A stretch of DNA of 64,000 nt from Vicugna vicugna (lineage: Eukaryota). Numbering within the stretch: the first letter of the stretch is position 1; every line of letters begins with the position of its first letter. The stretch is taken from the NCBI GenBank assembly GCA_013265495.1, contig MU057584.1, positions 288,608 through 352,607 on the forward strand, written 5' to 3'. Shown piece after piece: positions 36,591 through 49,039 of the stretch. The position numbers and the translations under genes are program-made. A model generated the notes under the pieces. That model had not been told where the DNA came from and searched no databases. It saw only the letters and a program-made list of their open reading frames with translations.

Positions 36591-37012
36591 TGCCTCTCCT
36601 ACCCTGGGCCCCTGCTCCACCGCAGATAACCATGGCACTGCTTTCTGGTAAGTTTATTTTATTTTTTTTTCCTGGTAAGTTTATTTTTGCACAGATGATA
36701 CACACATGTATTTTCCTCTGCAATAGGTTATGTCTCATACACACCGTTCTGCCCCTTGCTTTTATTACCTAAATTTTCTGGAAATTCAGAGAGAGCCTCT
36801 TTAGTCTTTTTATAGCCACACTGTCCTCCTCCCCAGGGGCTGTTCAGGACTTTTTCAACCAGGCCCCTATGGATGGATATTTGTATTGTTTGCACCCTTT
36901 CACTATTAGGAGAGCGATGTAGTAAGTGAATGACCTTGCGTGCTGTCACTAAGCATGGGTATTGGGACATACTCTGGAGGTGAAATTACTGGATCAAAGG
37001 TAGTGCCCCTTG

Positions 37013-37420
37013 GGTGGACCTAGAGATGATCATACCAAGTGAAGTAAGTCAGACAGAGAGAGACAAATATCATATGATACCACGTATATGTGCAATCAAA
37101 AAAAATGATTACAAATGAACTTGTTTATAAAACAGAAACAGACTCTCAGACATAGAAAACAAACTTGTGATTACCAAAGGGGAAAGGTGGGGGAGGGATA
37201 AATTAGGAGTTTGGGATCAACAGATACACACTATTATATATAAAATAGATAAACAACAAGGACCTACTGTGTAGCACAGGGAACTATACTCAGTATCTTG
37301 TAATAACCTATATGGAAAAAAATTTGAAAAATAATATATATACATATGTAACTGAACCCTTTGCTGTACACTTGAAACTAACACGATAGTGTAAATCAAC
37401 TATACTTCAATTAAAAAAAA
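37013..37420 (+). mobile_element. L1 3' end (related pieces at ~45965-46230 and, antisense, ~49530-49745)
   Basis: ggacctagagatgatcataccaagtgaagtaagtcagacagagag...aaatcaactatacttcaattaaaa. Confidence 0.85.
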
Positions 37421-37430
37421 AGTGCACCCT

Positions 37431-37563
37431 GGCGGGGAGGGTATAGCTCAAGTGGTAGAGCACATGCTCAGTATGCATGAGGTCCCAGATTCAATTCCCA
37501 GTACCTCCATTAAATAATTAGTTAATTAAATAGACCTAATTACCTACCCCCACCAAAAAAAAA
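37431..37563 (+). mobile_element. tRNA-Ala-derived SINE (vic-1-like) inserted at an L1 tail
   Basis: Head plus tail; gcaccct flanks. Confidence 0.88.
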
Positions 37564-38059
37564 AGCACCCTTTAACCAACTTCTCCAATATAGAAAATAA
37601 ATTCCATTCGTTAAAAAAAAAAAAAAAGAGCAGTGCCCTGTCACTGTGAGAGACACTGATGAACAGTCCCCCAGAGAAGTTGTGCTGGTCTCGTTCCCAT
37701 CAGTGGTGGATGCAATGGCCTGTTTGGGGAGAAGGACGTGTGGATTCCACAGAGCCAGGAGTAGAGAGTGGCCCCAGAATCTTGTTTTAAGTGTAGTGTA
37801 AACTCCACATAAGAAAACCACCGTTATCCACACTGGAGAATGGGAAGGAGAGGTCTGATGGAGAGGCTAGAACAAGCCCTTCCCAACCCTGGCACCGCTT
37901 CTGCACAGAGTAAGGGCAGGGGGGCTCAAGCCAATATCATCCAGCTTCGAGTTGCTACAAAATTCCAGAAACCTCTGGGCTGCAGATTACTCAGGATGAG
38001 GACGCCTGTGCTATTGAAATCTCATTTATTAAAAGACGATGAAGTGACCAAGGAATTCC

Positions 38060-38590
38060 ACTCCTAGGCAGTCCCCCCAAAGAATTGAAAAGAAGTACTC
38101 AAATACTTATATTCGAATGCTCATAGCAGCACTATTCACAATAGCCGAAAAGGAGAAACAATGAAAATGTCCATCAACAGATGAATGGATAAACAAATTG
38201 TGGTCTATCCACAGCGTGGAAGATTATCCAGCCACGAACGGAATGAAGCATTGATTGATGCTATAACATGAATGAATCCTTTGAAACATTATTCGAAGTG
38301 AAAGAAGCCAGACACAAAACGTCATATCTTCCATGGTTCCGTTTATATGAAATATCTAACACAGCCAAATCCATAGAGATAGGAAAGACATTAATGGTTG
38401 CCAGAGCCTGGGGGAAGGGGGAATGGGGAGTGACTGCTTAATGAGTTCAAAGTTTCATTTTGGCATAATAAAAAAAGTTCTGGAAATAGATAGCAGTGAC
38501 GGTTGCTCAACATTGTCAACGTACTAAATGCCACTGAATTGTACACTTTAAAGCAGTAAATTTTATGTGGGTTTTATCACAATTAAAAAA
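38060..38590 (+). mobile_element. Old L1M (L1MB-like) 3' fragment (similar at ~60030-60695)
   Basis: ttccactcctagg...catagcagcactattcacaatagcc...aatgtccatcaacagatgaatggataaac...tgccactgaattgtacactttaa. Confidence 0.8.
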
Positions 38591-40998
38591 TCATTTAAAT
38601 TTTTTATAGAAAAAAAAATTTCATCTCCCAGCTTTTACTGGCAGTTTTTCAGGAACCAATCAAATTCATGAAGTCAAGGATGGGTGAACTGTTAAAAAAT
38701 AAAATAATATTCTAACTGTTAAAGAAAAAATTACTTAATGACACCAGTTAAAGCATAAGGCAGACTTTGTTCAAGGGGAGGGGGCTATCAAAAGGAGTCG
38801 AAGTCATTACGAAAGAGAGAAGAGTTTCAGGAACTGGAAAATCCAAAATGACTGGTTTTGCTGTAGGCACTGCCTCTCCGCATATGGAGCCTTTGCTCCT
38901 AGGGATTAGCAGTGAACATTTATCAGAATCCCTTTCACCTCTAAACTCCACTTCTGCTCCATACTAAACTCCTACCAGAATGAGGCCGGTTTGGACAATC
39001 TGGCTGAAGCCCAGGACTGGGGCTCTCTCCCCTAGGCAGCTCCACTTGGAAATAATGGCTGGGTTTGCATCAACTTCTGTGAGGCAGACAGACAGAGGAA
39101 ATCTCAAAACTGCAGCAGGAAGGCCTGAGGGTAGATCCTGGACGGATTCTGACCCTGATGAACACCACCGGGAATACCACCTTGAAACCTGCCAGGTGTT
39201 GGAGACTGGGAGGCAGGGGACTGGGAACACCTTGAGGGAAATGCACTTCCCTTGAGCAGGGTCATGAATCTGGGAGGTAGGGCAAGTCCAAAGACAAGTC
39301 AGTAACGGGCATTTGTTGGCTCTTCATGCAGCATCTTGCTCCTCCCAACAGTCCGGTAAGGTGGGGATGCTTGTCCCATCCTTCAGAGGAAGCCGAAGCC
39401 CCAAGAAGTGAACTCATTTGCCCAAGATCCCAAAACCCAGGGATGACAGAGCTGGGCTGAGAGCCAGGCTCACCCACTCACAGCAGGCCTGCGCTGGTGT
39501 CTGCAGTTGTCAAGATGATTCAAAGTCAAGATTTCTTTCTCATCCCAACCTGGGGACTCTGCAAGATGCTGGCACCTCTGACAATCTGATGTGTGTCCAG
39601 TACATACACACGCGCACACAGAACCTGCTACTGATGTTTGGCACCCCGACTTGGTGTTCTCTCCTCTTGCAGGCTGAAATCTCACCTGGCGCTGCCCACC
39701 TCAGACCCCTAGTTGTGCGCTGTCCACTTTCTGTGATGGTGATGGAAATGTTTTAGATCTGCGCTGTCAAATGTGACAGCCACTAGTCACACAGGGCTGC
39801 TACGCCCTTGAAAGTGGCTAGTTTGAGTAACTAAGTTTTTTTTAAGGCACTGAAGTTTAATTACTTCAAATTTATATTTAAATAGCCATATGTGGCTAGT
39901 GGCTATGGTATGAGCTCAATCCTAGACCTGCCATCACCCAGGCCCTTGTCCCAACAGAGCTCAAAATTACAAGTGGTCCCTCCTCCTTCTCCAGCCTCGC
40001 CCCACACACTCACATCCTCCCACTTGACCTTCCATTCGTCCAGGGTTCTGCAGCCTCCTCAGTGAACCCTGATATCTGTCTCAGCCTCCACACCCCTGCC
40101 TGTGCTATTGACACTGCCTGGTACACCTCACCCTACTCCACCCCACCTCATTCCTCCTCCTACTCCAGGTCTCAACTCTGACCAGAGTCCCTCCTCCAGG
40201 AAGTCCTCCCTGCCCCTCAGGCTGAGTGCCGCATCTCCCAGGCCCCTGGACTCCTCCATCCCAGCGCTGATCATTCAGGGTCATCGTTGTCTGGGGATGG
40301 GTCTGTCCCCTGCACTCACAGAATTGTGAGCTGCAATGTGGACTGAGGGCAGAGAAGAAGCTGTCTCAACCATCGCCGTATCCTTAGTACCACCCAGCAC
40401 AGGGCCAGGCACAGGGAGGGACTGCATGTTGGAATGAACAAATAGAGGGATGTTTTGGAAAAACTATGCTAAGAGCTGTAGGGTGAGCCAGCCACAGGTC
40501 AAATCTCCACCTACTGGTAGACGTGCCTCTCTCCTTGAGCCTCTGTTTCCTCATCAGCGAAATGGGAAGAGCTTTGCATGGATGTGGGATGTGGCAGTTG
40601 GATGAGGCACCTACCTACCTGCCTGGCCTAGGGGACTGCTCAACCAGAGGCTGCTGTGACTGTTGTTAAAATTATTGCTGTTCCTACTGCTACTCACACT
40701 CAGTGGGAAAAAGAGATTAAAAGAGGTCAAGGGAGGAGTCCTGAGAAGCCCCAGAAAGTTTCCCAGTCACCCTGGAAAACTGGTTCAACCAGTGTCTCCG
40801 CGTCCATCCCAGAAAGCACAGGTGAAGACTCCAGAGGCTGTGGGAAAGGGGTGCTGGGCTGGGGCAGCCTCGGCCATGTCTCACAGGCACCCCTGGGACC
40901 CCTACTGAGCTGGCCCACTTCTGAAAGCCTGGGCCCAGCCCTCTGGCCCCCTCAGTATCCAGTAGGTGGCCCCTTGGCATCTCCAACAGGACACCGAG

Positions 40999-41053
40999 AT
41001 GGAGATTCCTGCTGGAGCCCAGCAAGACTTCTCAAAGAGCCTCCTGCTCTCAG
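40999..41053 (+). CDS. CEACAM19: CEACAM19 exon 1 (leader)
   Basis: gagATGG; MEIPAGAQQDFSKSLLLS; donor G|GTAAGG. Confidence 0.94.
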
Positions 41054-41657
41054 GTAAGGAGGAAATATACCTCTAGGGCTGAGGGGAGAAGTGGTACTTA
41101 GCCCAGGGGCTGAGGTTTCCTCTTGGAAGATTGTTCCAAGGGAAAGATTGTCAGGGAAGATGAAATTATTAGGGTAAGATGGGAGGGAGGGACAGCAGAA
41201 TCACAATCTCATCCCCATTTTCTCTATGGAATTTTCTAGAATGTCAGGACCATGAGGGCTGGAATTTATCTATATTTGATTCCCTACTGAGTCCCCAGTG
41301 CCTAGAAATCTAGGGAATTTTAGACATATATAATTGGTATTGTAGCATAAATAATATATTGGTTTTTAAAAGTATTGGTTAAATGAATAAGTTAATTCAG
41401 AGAGTCCATGTGTTTAAAGGTAGGTCACACAGCATCTCAGAGCAGAAAACCTTCTGGACCAATGGGATGGCAAATCTGTGGCACCCATGTCTGAGTTCCC
41501 ACTCCTGCACTGAGGGCAGACATCACTAGTCAATCCCAGCACTGTTTCCAATGAATAGCACACAGAGCCCCGAGTTGAGAACCTATAGAGAGGAGAGAAT
41601 GCAGGAGATGTCCCTGCCCAACACTTCTGATTTCAGGCCTCCCCTGTAACCCCACAG

Positions 41658-42026
41658 CCTCAATCCTGGCCCTCTGGGTCCCCCCAGGCTCCTGGGCAGC
41701 CCTCCGCATCCAGAAGATTCCAGAACAGCCTCAAACAAACCAGGACCTTCTCCTGTCTGTCCAGGGCATCCCAGACACCTTCCAGGACTTCAACTGGTAC
41801 CTGGGGGAGGAGACCTATGGTGGTACGATGCTATTCACCTACATCCCAGGGCTACTGAAGCCCCAGAGGGATGGCAGTGCCATGAAGCAGCGAGACATCA
41901 TCGGCTTCCCCAACGGCTCCATGCTGCTGCGTCATGCCCAGCCCACAGATAGTGGCACCTACCAGGTAGCTGTCACTATCAACCCTGCCTGGACTATGCG
42001 GGCCAAGACCGAGGTCCAGGTGGCCG
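41658..42026 (+). CDS. CEACAM19: CEACAM19 exon 2 (N/IgV domain, 369 nt)
   Basis: cccacag|CC. Reads ASILALW..IQKIPEQPQTNQDLLLSVQG..FQDFNWYLGEETYGG..QRDIIGFPNGSMLL..QPTDSGTYQVA..KTEVQVA; donor G|GTGAGT. Confidence 0.97.
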
Positions 42027-42484
42027 GTGAGTGTTGGGCACTGAAGGAGGAAGTGGGGAGGCTGATGCACCCTGAGCAGCCACCACATGCCAAGCTCTGG
42101 GCAAACATTTGGTCCTCTCATTCATCCATGCAACACATATTGGTTGAGCACTTAACTGTGTGCCAGGCCTGGAGATATCATTTAATACTCCTGTGCATTA
42201 ACTAATTAAGTATCTACTGAATGCCTACTTTGTGCCAGACCCAAAGCCAGAGCCTGGAGAATGCACCATCTCACCGACTCCTCACATGCATTAATTCATG
42301 AAAAATCTATTGAGCATCCACTGTATGCCTGGTCTTAAAGGATATATATCCATAAGTAAAGTATTTATTGATGAATCCACTCTGGGCAAAGTACCAGAGA
42401 GATGGTGGTGGACAGTAGCAACAGCTAACATTTCTTGGACACTTGTTATGGGAACAGTGTTATGGGAACACTGTTCTAAATGCT

Positions 42485-42650
42485 TGCCCTGGGCTAGTTC
42501 TTTGCAGTAGGGACCTGTTCTGTGCACTGTAGGATACTGAGCACCCTCCCCGGCCTCTAGCCACTAGATGCCAGTAGCAGCCTTTCAGTCGTGACAACCA
42601 CAAACGTCTCTAGACGAGGTCAAATGTTACCCTTGGTTGAGAACTACTGC
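42485..42650. mobile_element. MER20 fragment
   Basis: tgtgcactgtaggat...cggcctctagccactagatgccagtagc...gtgacaacc...tggttgagaactactg. Confidence 0.75.
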
Positions 42651-42729
42651 CCTATATTAACTTATTTGTATCTTAAAAAATAGAAAACTCCGTGAAATGT
42701 TATATGCCAATTATATCCCAATAAAGCTG

Positions 42730-42857
42730 GGGGGGGAGATAACTTAACCTTCCCTGGCAGATCTATTTCTTTATTATTTTTAATGGAGGTACTGGGGATT
42801 GAACCCAGGACCTTGTGCATGCTAAGCATGCACTCTGCTGAGCTATACCCTCCCCCC
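42730..42857 (-). mobile_element. tRNA-Ala-derived SINE (vic-1-like), left arm of an inverted repeat
   Basis: Reverse-complement head at ~42783-42857. Confidence 0.85.
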
Positions 42858-43402
42858 AAAATATGATCTTAATTTATTATTTACATGTTCACTCTCAGCA
42901 TCGTACATTGGAATGAAGGTAGGGATTAGTTTTTTTAATCATCATCTGTGCTCCTGTAGGACTCTGCTCATCCCCTCACCTTTCTGATTATCACAACATG
43001 TTCTAATTTATCACTCTACAAACTTGTCTCACTAGAATAGTAATTATTCAAAGTAACAGAAATAGAACATACTCATCCTTTTGTCATCCGTCTACCACAG
43101 TAGGTGGGACATAATGGGTTCTCAGTTAATGTATGTTGAATAAACAAATGAGTGAATGAAAACTTTCAAAACAAAATTCCATGAGGTGGGCACCATTGTT
43201 GTGTCCATTTTACAGATGGGGAAACTGAGACACACAAAGCAGTAGAGCTGGCATTTAATCCCATGAAGTCCCCAGGCCAGCATCTGGGAGCCTAACCACT
43301 TCCTCTCAAAGCAGAGAAGGAGAAAAAATTCCCCTCCCTTCATTCCAATGTGGGATGCTCAGAATGAACATGTAAATAATAATTTAAGATCAAATTTCAG
43401 CA

Positions 43403-43537
43403 GGGGAGAGTACAGCTCAGTGGCAGAGTGCGTGCTTAGCATGCATGAGGTCCGGGCTTCAATCCCCAGTACCTCCATTAAAAAATAATAATAAATACAT
43501 GAACCTAATTATCTCCCCCCCAAAAAAACAAACAAAA
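43403..43537 (+). mobile_element. tRNA-Ala-derived SINE (vic-1-like), right arm of an inverted repeat
   Basis: Head plus tail; TSD-like aagatca(a/c)atttca on both sides. Confidence 0.88.
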
Positions 43538-46239
43538 AGATCACATTTCAAGCAGAGACTTTAACAACAATAGTGATAGCTAACACTCTTTAGGGCTTAT
43601 TACATGCCAGTTTTACATATAATGGGTCATTTCATCATCATTGCAGCCCTGTGAAGCGGGCATTATTATAAGACCCAATTTACAGGTGAGGAAACTGAGG
43701 CCCAGAAAGGTTATGACTTGTCCAGTTAAATTTTTTTTTAATTAAATAGGAAGATGTGATCAGGGATGGGCCTCATTGAAGAAGTGACATTTGAGCAAAG
43801 GGAGGGAAAAGATCTCTGTAGATTTCAGAGTACAGAGTTCCTGGCAGAGGGAACAGCAAGTGCAAAGGCCCCAAGGCCAGCTTGGTACATTCAAAGCATA
43901 GACAGAAGGACACAGGGCTATAAGACATTGAGCAAGTAGGGTGTTAGGAGGCAAGGTCTAAGAGGGAGACGGGGCCAGGCTCATAGGCCGTGGAGAGATT
44001 GACAAGAATCCACCAGAGGGTTTAAGCAGGGGAGTGATCTGATTCACAGCCTAACCTGTCCACGAGGCACAGTGTAGCCTGAATCTCTGTTTTATCCAGG
44101 AGGAACCTGAGGTTCAGACAATTTAAGGCACCTCTCAAACATCAGGCAGCTAATCATCAAATCAGCAACAGAGTTGGGATTCGCGTGCAGGGCCTCCTGA
44201 ATCAGGCCCACAGCTGCCTCAGCAGACTCTAAATTGCTTATTCACTCATCCTTCAGCACTTTCCAAGTGCTGCCTCCTCAAGGTCTCCTCTGTGTCCAGC
44301 CTGTATCGGGCAGTGTCAGAGACACAGTGATGACCAAGGCAGCCCTGGCCTTGCCCTCTCAGGACTCATAGCCCAGTGATGGAGACAGATATTAGCTACA
44401 TAATCACACACACACAAACACAATCAGGGAGGTTGCCTGGAAAGGTAATCCTTCAACAAAGCTTGAATGATGACAACAGTTCTAAGTAGAAGGGGAAGGA
44501 GCTTTGGGAGATATTTGGGCAGAGGGCTAAGCCTGTGCAAAGTGCCTGTGGCAAGAAGCTGTAGGGCTCATGAACTGAGCTGGCAGGAGGCCAGCATGAC
44601 CGAGGCAGGACAGTGAAGGGGGGCATCCTACGAGGCCAGCACTGCAGGACAGATTTGAACCAAGGCTCAGGTTGTAAAGACATAAGCTCTCTCCACCTGG
44701 CTCAGAGTTGGGGTGCCTGGTAGAACCCGAAGTAGCCCCTGAGATGTCAGTTCTAGGAGGCCTGGGTTCCCAGCTGTCTCTTTGGAGCTTATAACAGGGC
44801 CAGACACACTGTTGAATGAATGAATGGTGGGGAAGCCCTGCCCCTGGTGGGAAAGGAAGCTTTGTCGGGAAAGCAAGTGCTCCCTCTTCCTCCAGGGGGC
44901 AGCATCTCTGGTATCATCTCTGTTCATGGGCTCTACCTTCCTCTCCATGACTGGTGAGTCCCACCAGGACACTAAACAGGGTGCCAGCCCAGGTTTCTTT
45001 GCATATTCTAAATCTCCTCTTCCAAAATGCAGAGATAGAAAGAAAGGGAGCTGGAGAGAGAGAGATGAAGAGAGAAGCTGGTTGGCCTGGCCTGGCCTGT
45101 GATTTGCTTCCTCTTGGGTCAAGGGTCTACCCCTTTTCTGAGGGGGGGTAGGATCAAGTACCACCAACAAGATGGGGAGCTGGGGCTGGGGTTAAGGGCT
45201 GGGAAGATGAGCAAGGAATCAGCAACTGCCATCCCTGGTAATAGTCACAATATAGACTTATCACCATTTTGTTCACCATTATTCCCCTGGTGCCTACAGC
45301 AGGGCTTAGCACACATTAAGCCACTAGAACAATACTTTCGATGCCATCTCCCATCTATGGAGCACTTACTACACATCAGGCACTTCCAGCTAAGCGCTCT
45401 GCCAGCCTCACCTGATTCCATCCCCACAAAAGGTAGCCTTGGGATGATCCCCATTTTACAGGAGGATAAACTGAAGCCCAGAGAGGGCCCAACAGCCTGC
45501 CGCTGGGAAAGGGAGGGGCCAAGGCTCCAGCTGGGTCCGAGTCCATGGCCCTGGTCCCTTGCCACCTGCCTCTTCCACAGGGACTCCCAGGGAAGCACTG
45601 AGAGGTCCCCATGGAGATCAGCAAGCTAAAGGGGCTAGAACAACCTTGGCTTCCAGAGAGCTGAGCACAGCAGGCAGGGAAGCAAGGCGGTTCAGCTCAG
45701 TGGAAAAGGAAGAGCAGAGGAAAAGACGGAATTGGGGATGGGGTTGGCTGCTAGTGTCCTCGTGCCAGGGGATTTATATTTAAAGGCAGCTGTGCCCCAA
45801 ATTTAGCCCCCGACCTAGGTGGGGACTGGAAATGACTGACAGCACTTCCTGCGTCCCAGGTAACTCACGTACTTGATCTCTTTTAATCATCAGGGAATTT
45901 GGCTGTAACAGAAGCCAACCCCAGCTAGCATGGGCAGAAAGATGTTTAATAAATGTCTAAAAAAATGTTAAAAATCAACTTATTTACAAAATAGACTCAT
46001 AGACATAGGAAACAAACTTATGCTTACCAAAGGGGAAAGGGGAGGGGAGATATAAGTTAGGGGTTCGGAATTAACAGATACACACCGCTACATATAAAAT
46101 AAACAACAAGGATTTACTGTACAGCCCAGGGAACTATATTCAGTGCCTGTAATAACCCATAATAACAATAATACAATACTGTAAATCAACTATAAAATTT
46201 TTAAACCTATTAAAATTAAAAATTAATAAAAAAATAAGT

Positions 46240-46426
46240 AGGGGGAGGGTATAGCTCAAATGGTAGAGCAAATGCTTAACATGCATGAGGTCCTGGGTTC
46301 AATCTTCAGTACCTCCTCTAAAAATAAAAACCTAATTACCTCCCCCCAAACAATAACAACAAAATAAACAAATAAATAAATAAATAGAAATAAAAATTTT
46401 TTTAAAAGATGACATAAAAAAAAAAA
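46240..46426 (+). mobile_element. tRNA-Ala-derived SINE (vic-1-like)
   Basis: Head plus long A-rich tail, following an L1 3' fragment. Confidence 0.85.
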
Positions 46427-48099
46427 GGAACAGGACCTCCACGAGGCTGGGAACCAGGAACAAGGTATGATCACCGGAACTGCTCCTGCCAGACAAACCA
46501 CTGCCCACAACATCAGCCTTGGGCCAAAAAACCATGCCTGGGTAGCCCTGAAAAACTGCATTCATTCCTTCAATCAACAAACATCTATCGAATACCTGCT
46601 GTGTGCCAGGCACTGAGTTTACAGACGGAAAGTACAAAGATCTCTGCCCTTGTAAAGTTTATATGCCGGTGGGCGGGCTGGCTCTGTCCTCACCATCAAA
46701 GGCCCCACATGGTGTCTGCGTCTCTGACTTCTGCAAGTCAGAAGCCAAGGCTCACAGGAATGCCTCTGATCAGGGAGCCTGGGTCACATGACACTGCGTG
46801 ACTAAAAAGGAGCGGAAGAAAGTGAGTCTCTGGCAGGACTCCAGAGGCCAATGATTCACAGAGACACAAGAAAAGGCCCTGGACTTGTAGGTACTGTGGC
46901 TGCCCCCATTTTACAGATGAGGACACTGAGGCTCAGAGAGGGGAAGTCAGTTGTCCAAGGTCCCACAGCCAGTAAGCAGCAGTTACTGGGCTCAAAAGCA
47001 CAGTGCAGGGATCACAGTCATTTACAGCTGGTATCTGTTGTCCCGTAAATCTAGTCATGAGGATTTGGGGCCTTCAAGCAACCCTGCAAAGGCTCCTCAA
47101 AACCTTCGGGCTCTCTGACACCCACAGTGGTTAAATTACCCAACTCCCCTCAACTCACCAAGTGCAGAGCGCTTCTCACATATTTATCCTCTGCATCCTC
47201 CCTGCCAAGGTGTGATGATCCCCATTATACAGATGGGAAAACTGAGACACAGTTTAAGTAACTCGTCCAGGTAACCCATCTACGGAGCAGCAGATGCTGG
47301 ACTTGTACCCAGGCTGCTTGACTCCAGAGCCCACATTTTTTTTTCTCTTGTTACCTAGCTCTCTGGTCGGGACGCTAGAGTATTTATTGCCACACTTCAT
47401 AAAAGAGACCTTTTACCCTCATGTGCTGGAAGCTTCTATAAGCAGTAACATTTTGTACCATTACAGTTTGCTTTTTCCCTCTTCTTGATGAAATCTTCTA
47501 TACTTCTACTGAAAGAAGAGAAAGAGAAAAACCAAGCTCATTGGCCTTTCCTACTAGCCTCTCCTTGCCTCAGTCTGGGCTGGGACACGAGGCAACACTC
47601 CTTAGACTCTAGCATTTATTTCAGCAGCATCTGTTGAGTTCAGATTCTCTGCCACCACCAGTGTTCTGCCTGGTGTCACCTCTCACGGGCGTGTGCGCGC
47701 AGCCCAGGGGGTCCACGGCAGTCTGCCTTTGGCAACACTCACCAGGCCTCTGTTTTAAAGCTCTGCCACTACTAAAACACGTGAGAGGAAAGAAGCACCA
47801 AGCTCCCTGGAGAGTCGGCCCCTGAAAGTCAGAATTGGTGCAAAAAAGCTGTTACCTTCTTGGTGGCCTAGAACCTACCACAACCCTCACAGCCTGAGAA
47901 ACAGGGGTCATAAAACTGCAGAAACTCTTTGGACCTTCAGAGCCTTTCAGCCGCAGGGTCACAAAAACGCTGACAGAAACAAGAAGCGCCCGGGGTCACA
48001 AATGGAGGCAAACAGACGGAGGCGTTTAACCAGAGCCCACACTCTTAACTAGGACTTGATTCTGCCTCGCCACCAAGCCTAACTCTGGTGTCAAGTACT

Positions 48100-48590
48100 C
48101 ACCGCACTGCGGTTAAGAAATCAGACGCAAGGCCCACCCCGAGGGCCCAAGCTCACACGCAGCGCCCCTGGCTTGGCCTGGGAGTCCTTTCCCGCGCAGG
48201 TCCGCGCTGCCAAGGATGAAACTGAATTTGATGCAAGCAAGACAGGGTTGAGGAAGGCCAGAGAATGGAGAAGGGGAGCTCATGTTCTAAAAGCCCCTCC
48301 CCTCCGAAAGGAGGCGAGTAACGGGGTTTTAAGGGTTAGGAGGCAGACGGTCATCCGGGCTCTAGAAGGGGGAGGAGACTTTCTGGAGCCGCCGGGCATG
48401 CGCAGTCTACGCTCCTTTGCCCAGGGCCCAAATTGCGCCTAGCAGGGTGCAGTCCGCCCCGCCCCCCACCTGGGGCAGAGATCTTAGCGTGGTAATGAGG
48501 CCAACGTAACTGTGGGACACCATCGCGTCTCATCTACGGAGGCATGTTCCTGTGGTCAAGATAGAGGCGATTCTGAGCCGTTGACCACTG
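48100..48590. promoter_or_regulatory. Intronic CpG-rich promoter-like element in CEACAM19 intron 2
   Basis: Local CpG enrichment, NRF1-like GGGCATGCGCAG (~48394), GC boxes CCGCCCCGCCCC (~48454), minus-strand donor GCG|GTGAGT at 48102. Confidence 0.55.
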
Positions 48591-49039
48591 TCTATCTCTT
48601 AAAGCACAGCTGCAAATACTAAGTGCCTTTGAAACAAACACAGTATAAATCTGGGCCAGTGTCCTTCAGCTCTCAAGGGCTGGTAGGGAAACACAGAGAT
48701 AAATCAAGGCAAGGAAAGCCAGCCACCGTGAATCTAGCCGGTTCAGTCTGGTTTTGTTGAGGGCCTCTGTGGCATCCCTGTTGATAAAACACAACTAGCC
48801 TGATGGTTAAAAAAAACAGCCTCTGCACCTAGGACCTGGGCTACAGAGCGTGGGTGACAATATGACTTCTAGTCAAATGGCCAAACCTCTCAGAACCTCT
48901 ATTTTTATGTCCGTAAAAAGGGCAGAACCACAACACCGCCCACTATGGGATCCTTACCAGGGCTGGCTTGACAAGTCCATGGGAAGCTGCTGCTTTTGAA
49001 GCTGTAGAAGTAAACAAAGAACAACAAAGTGTATCAATT

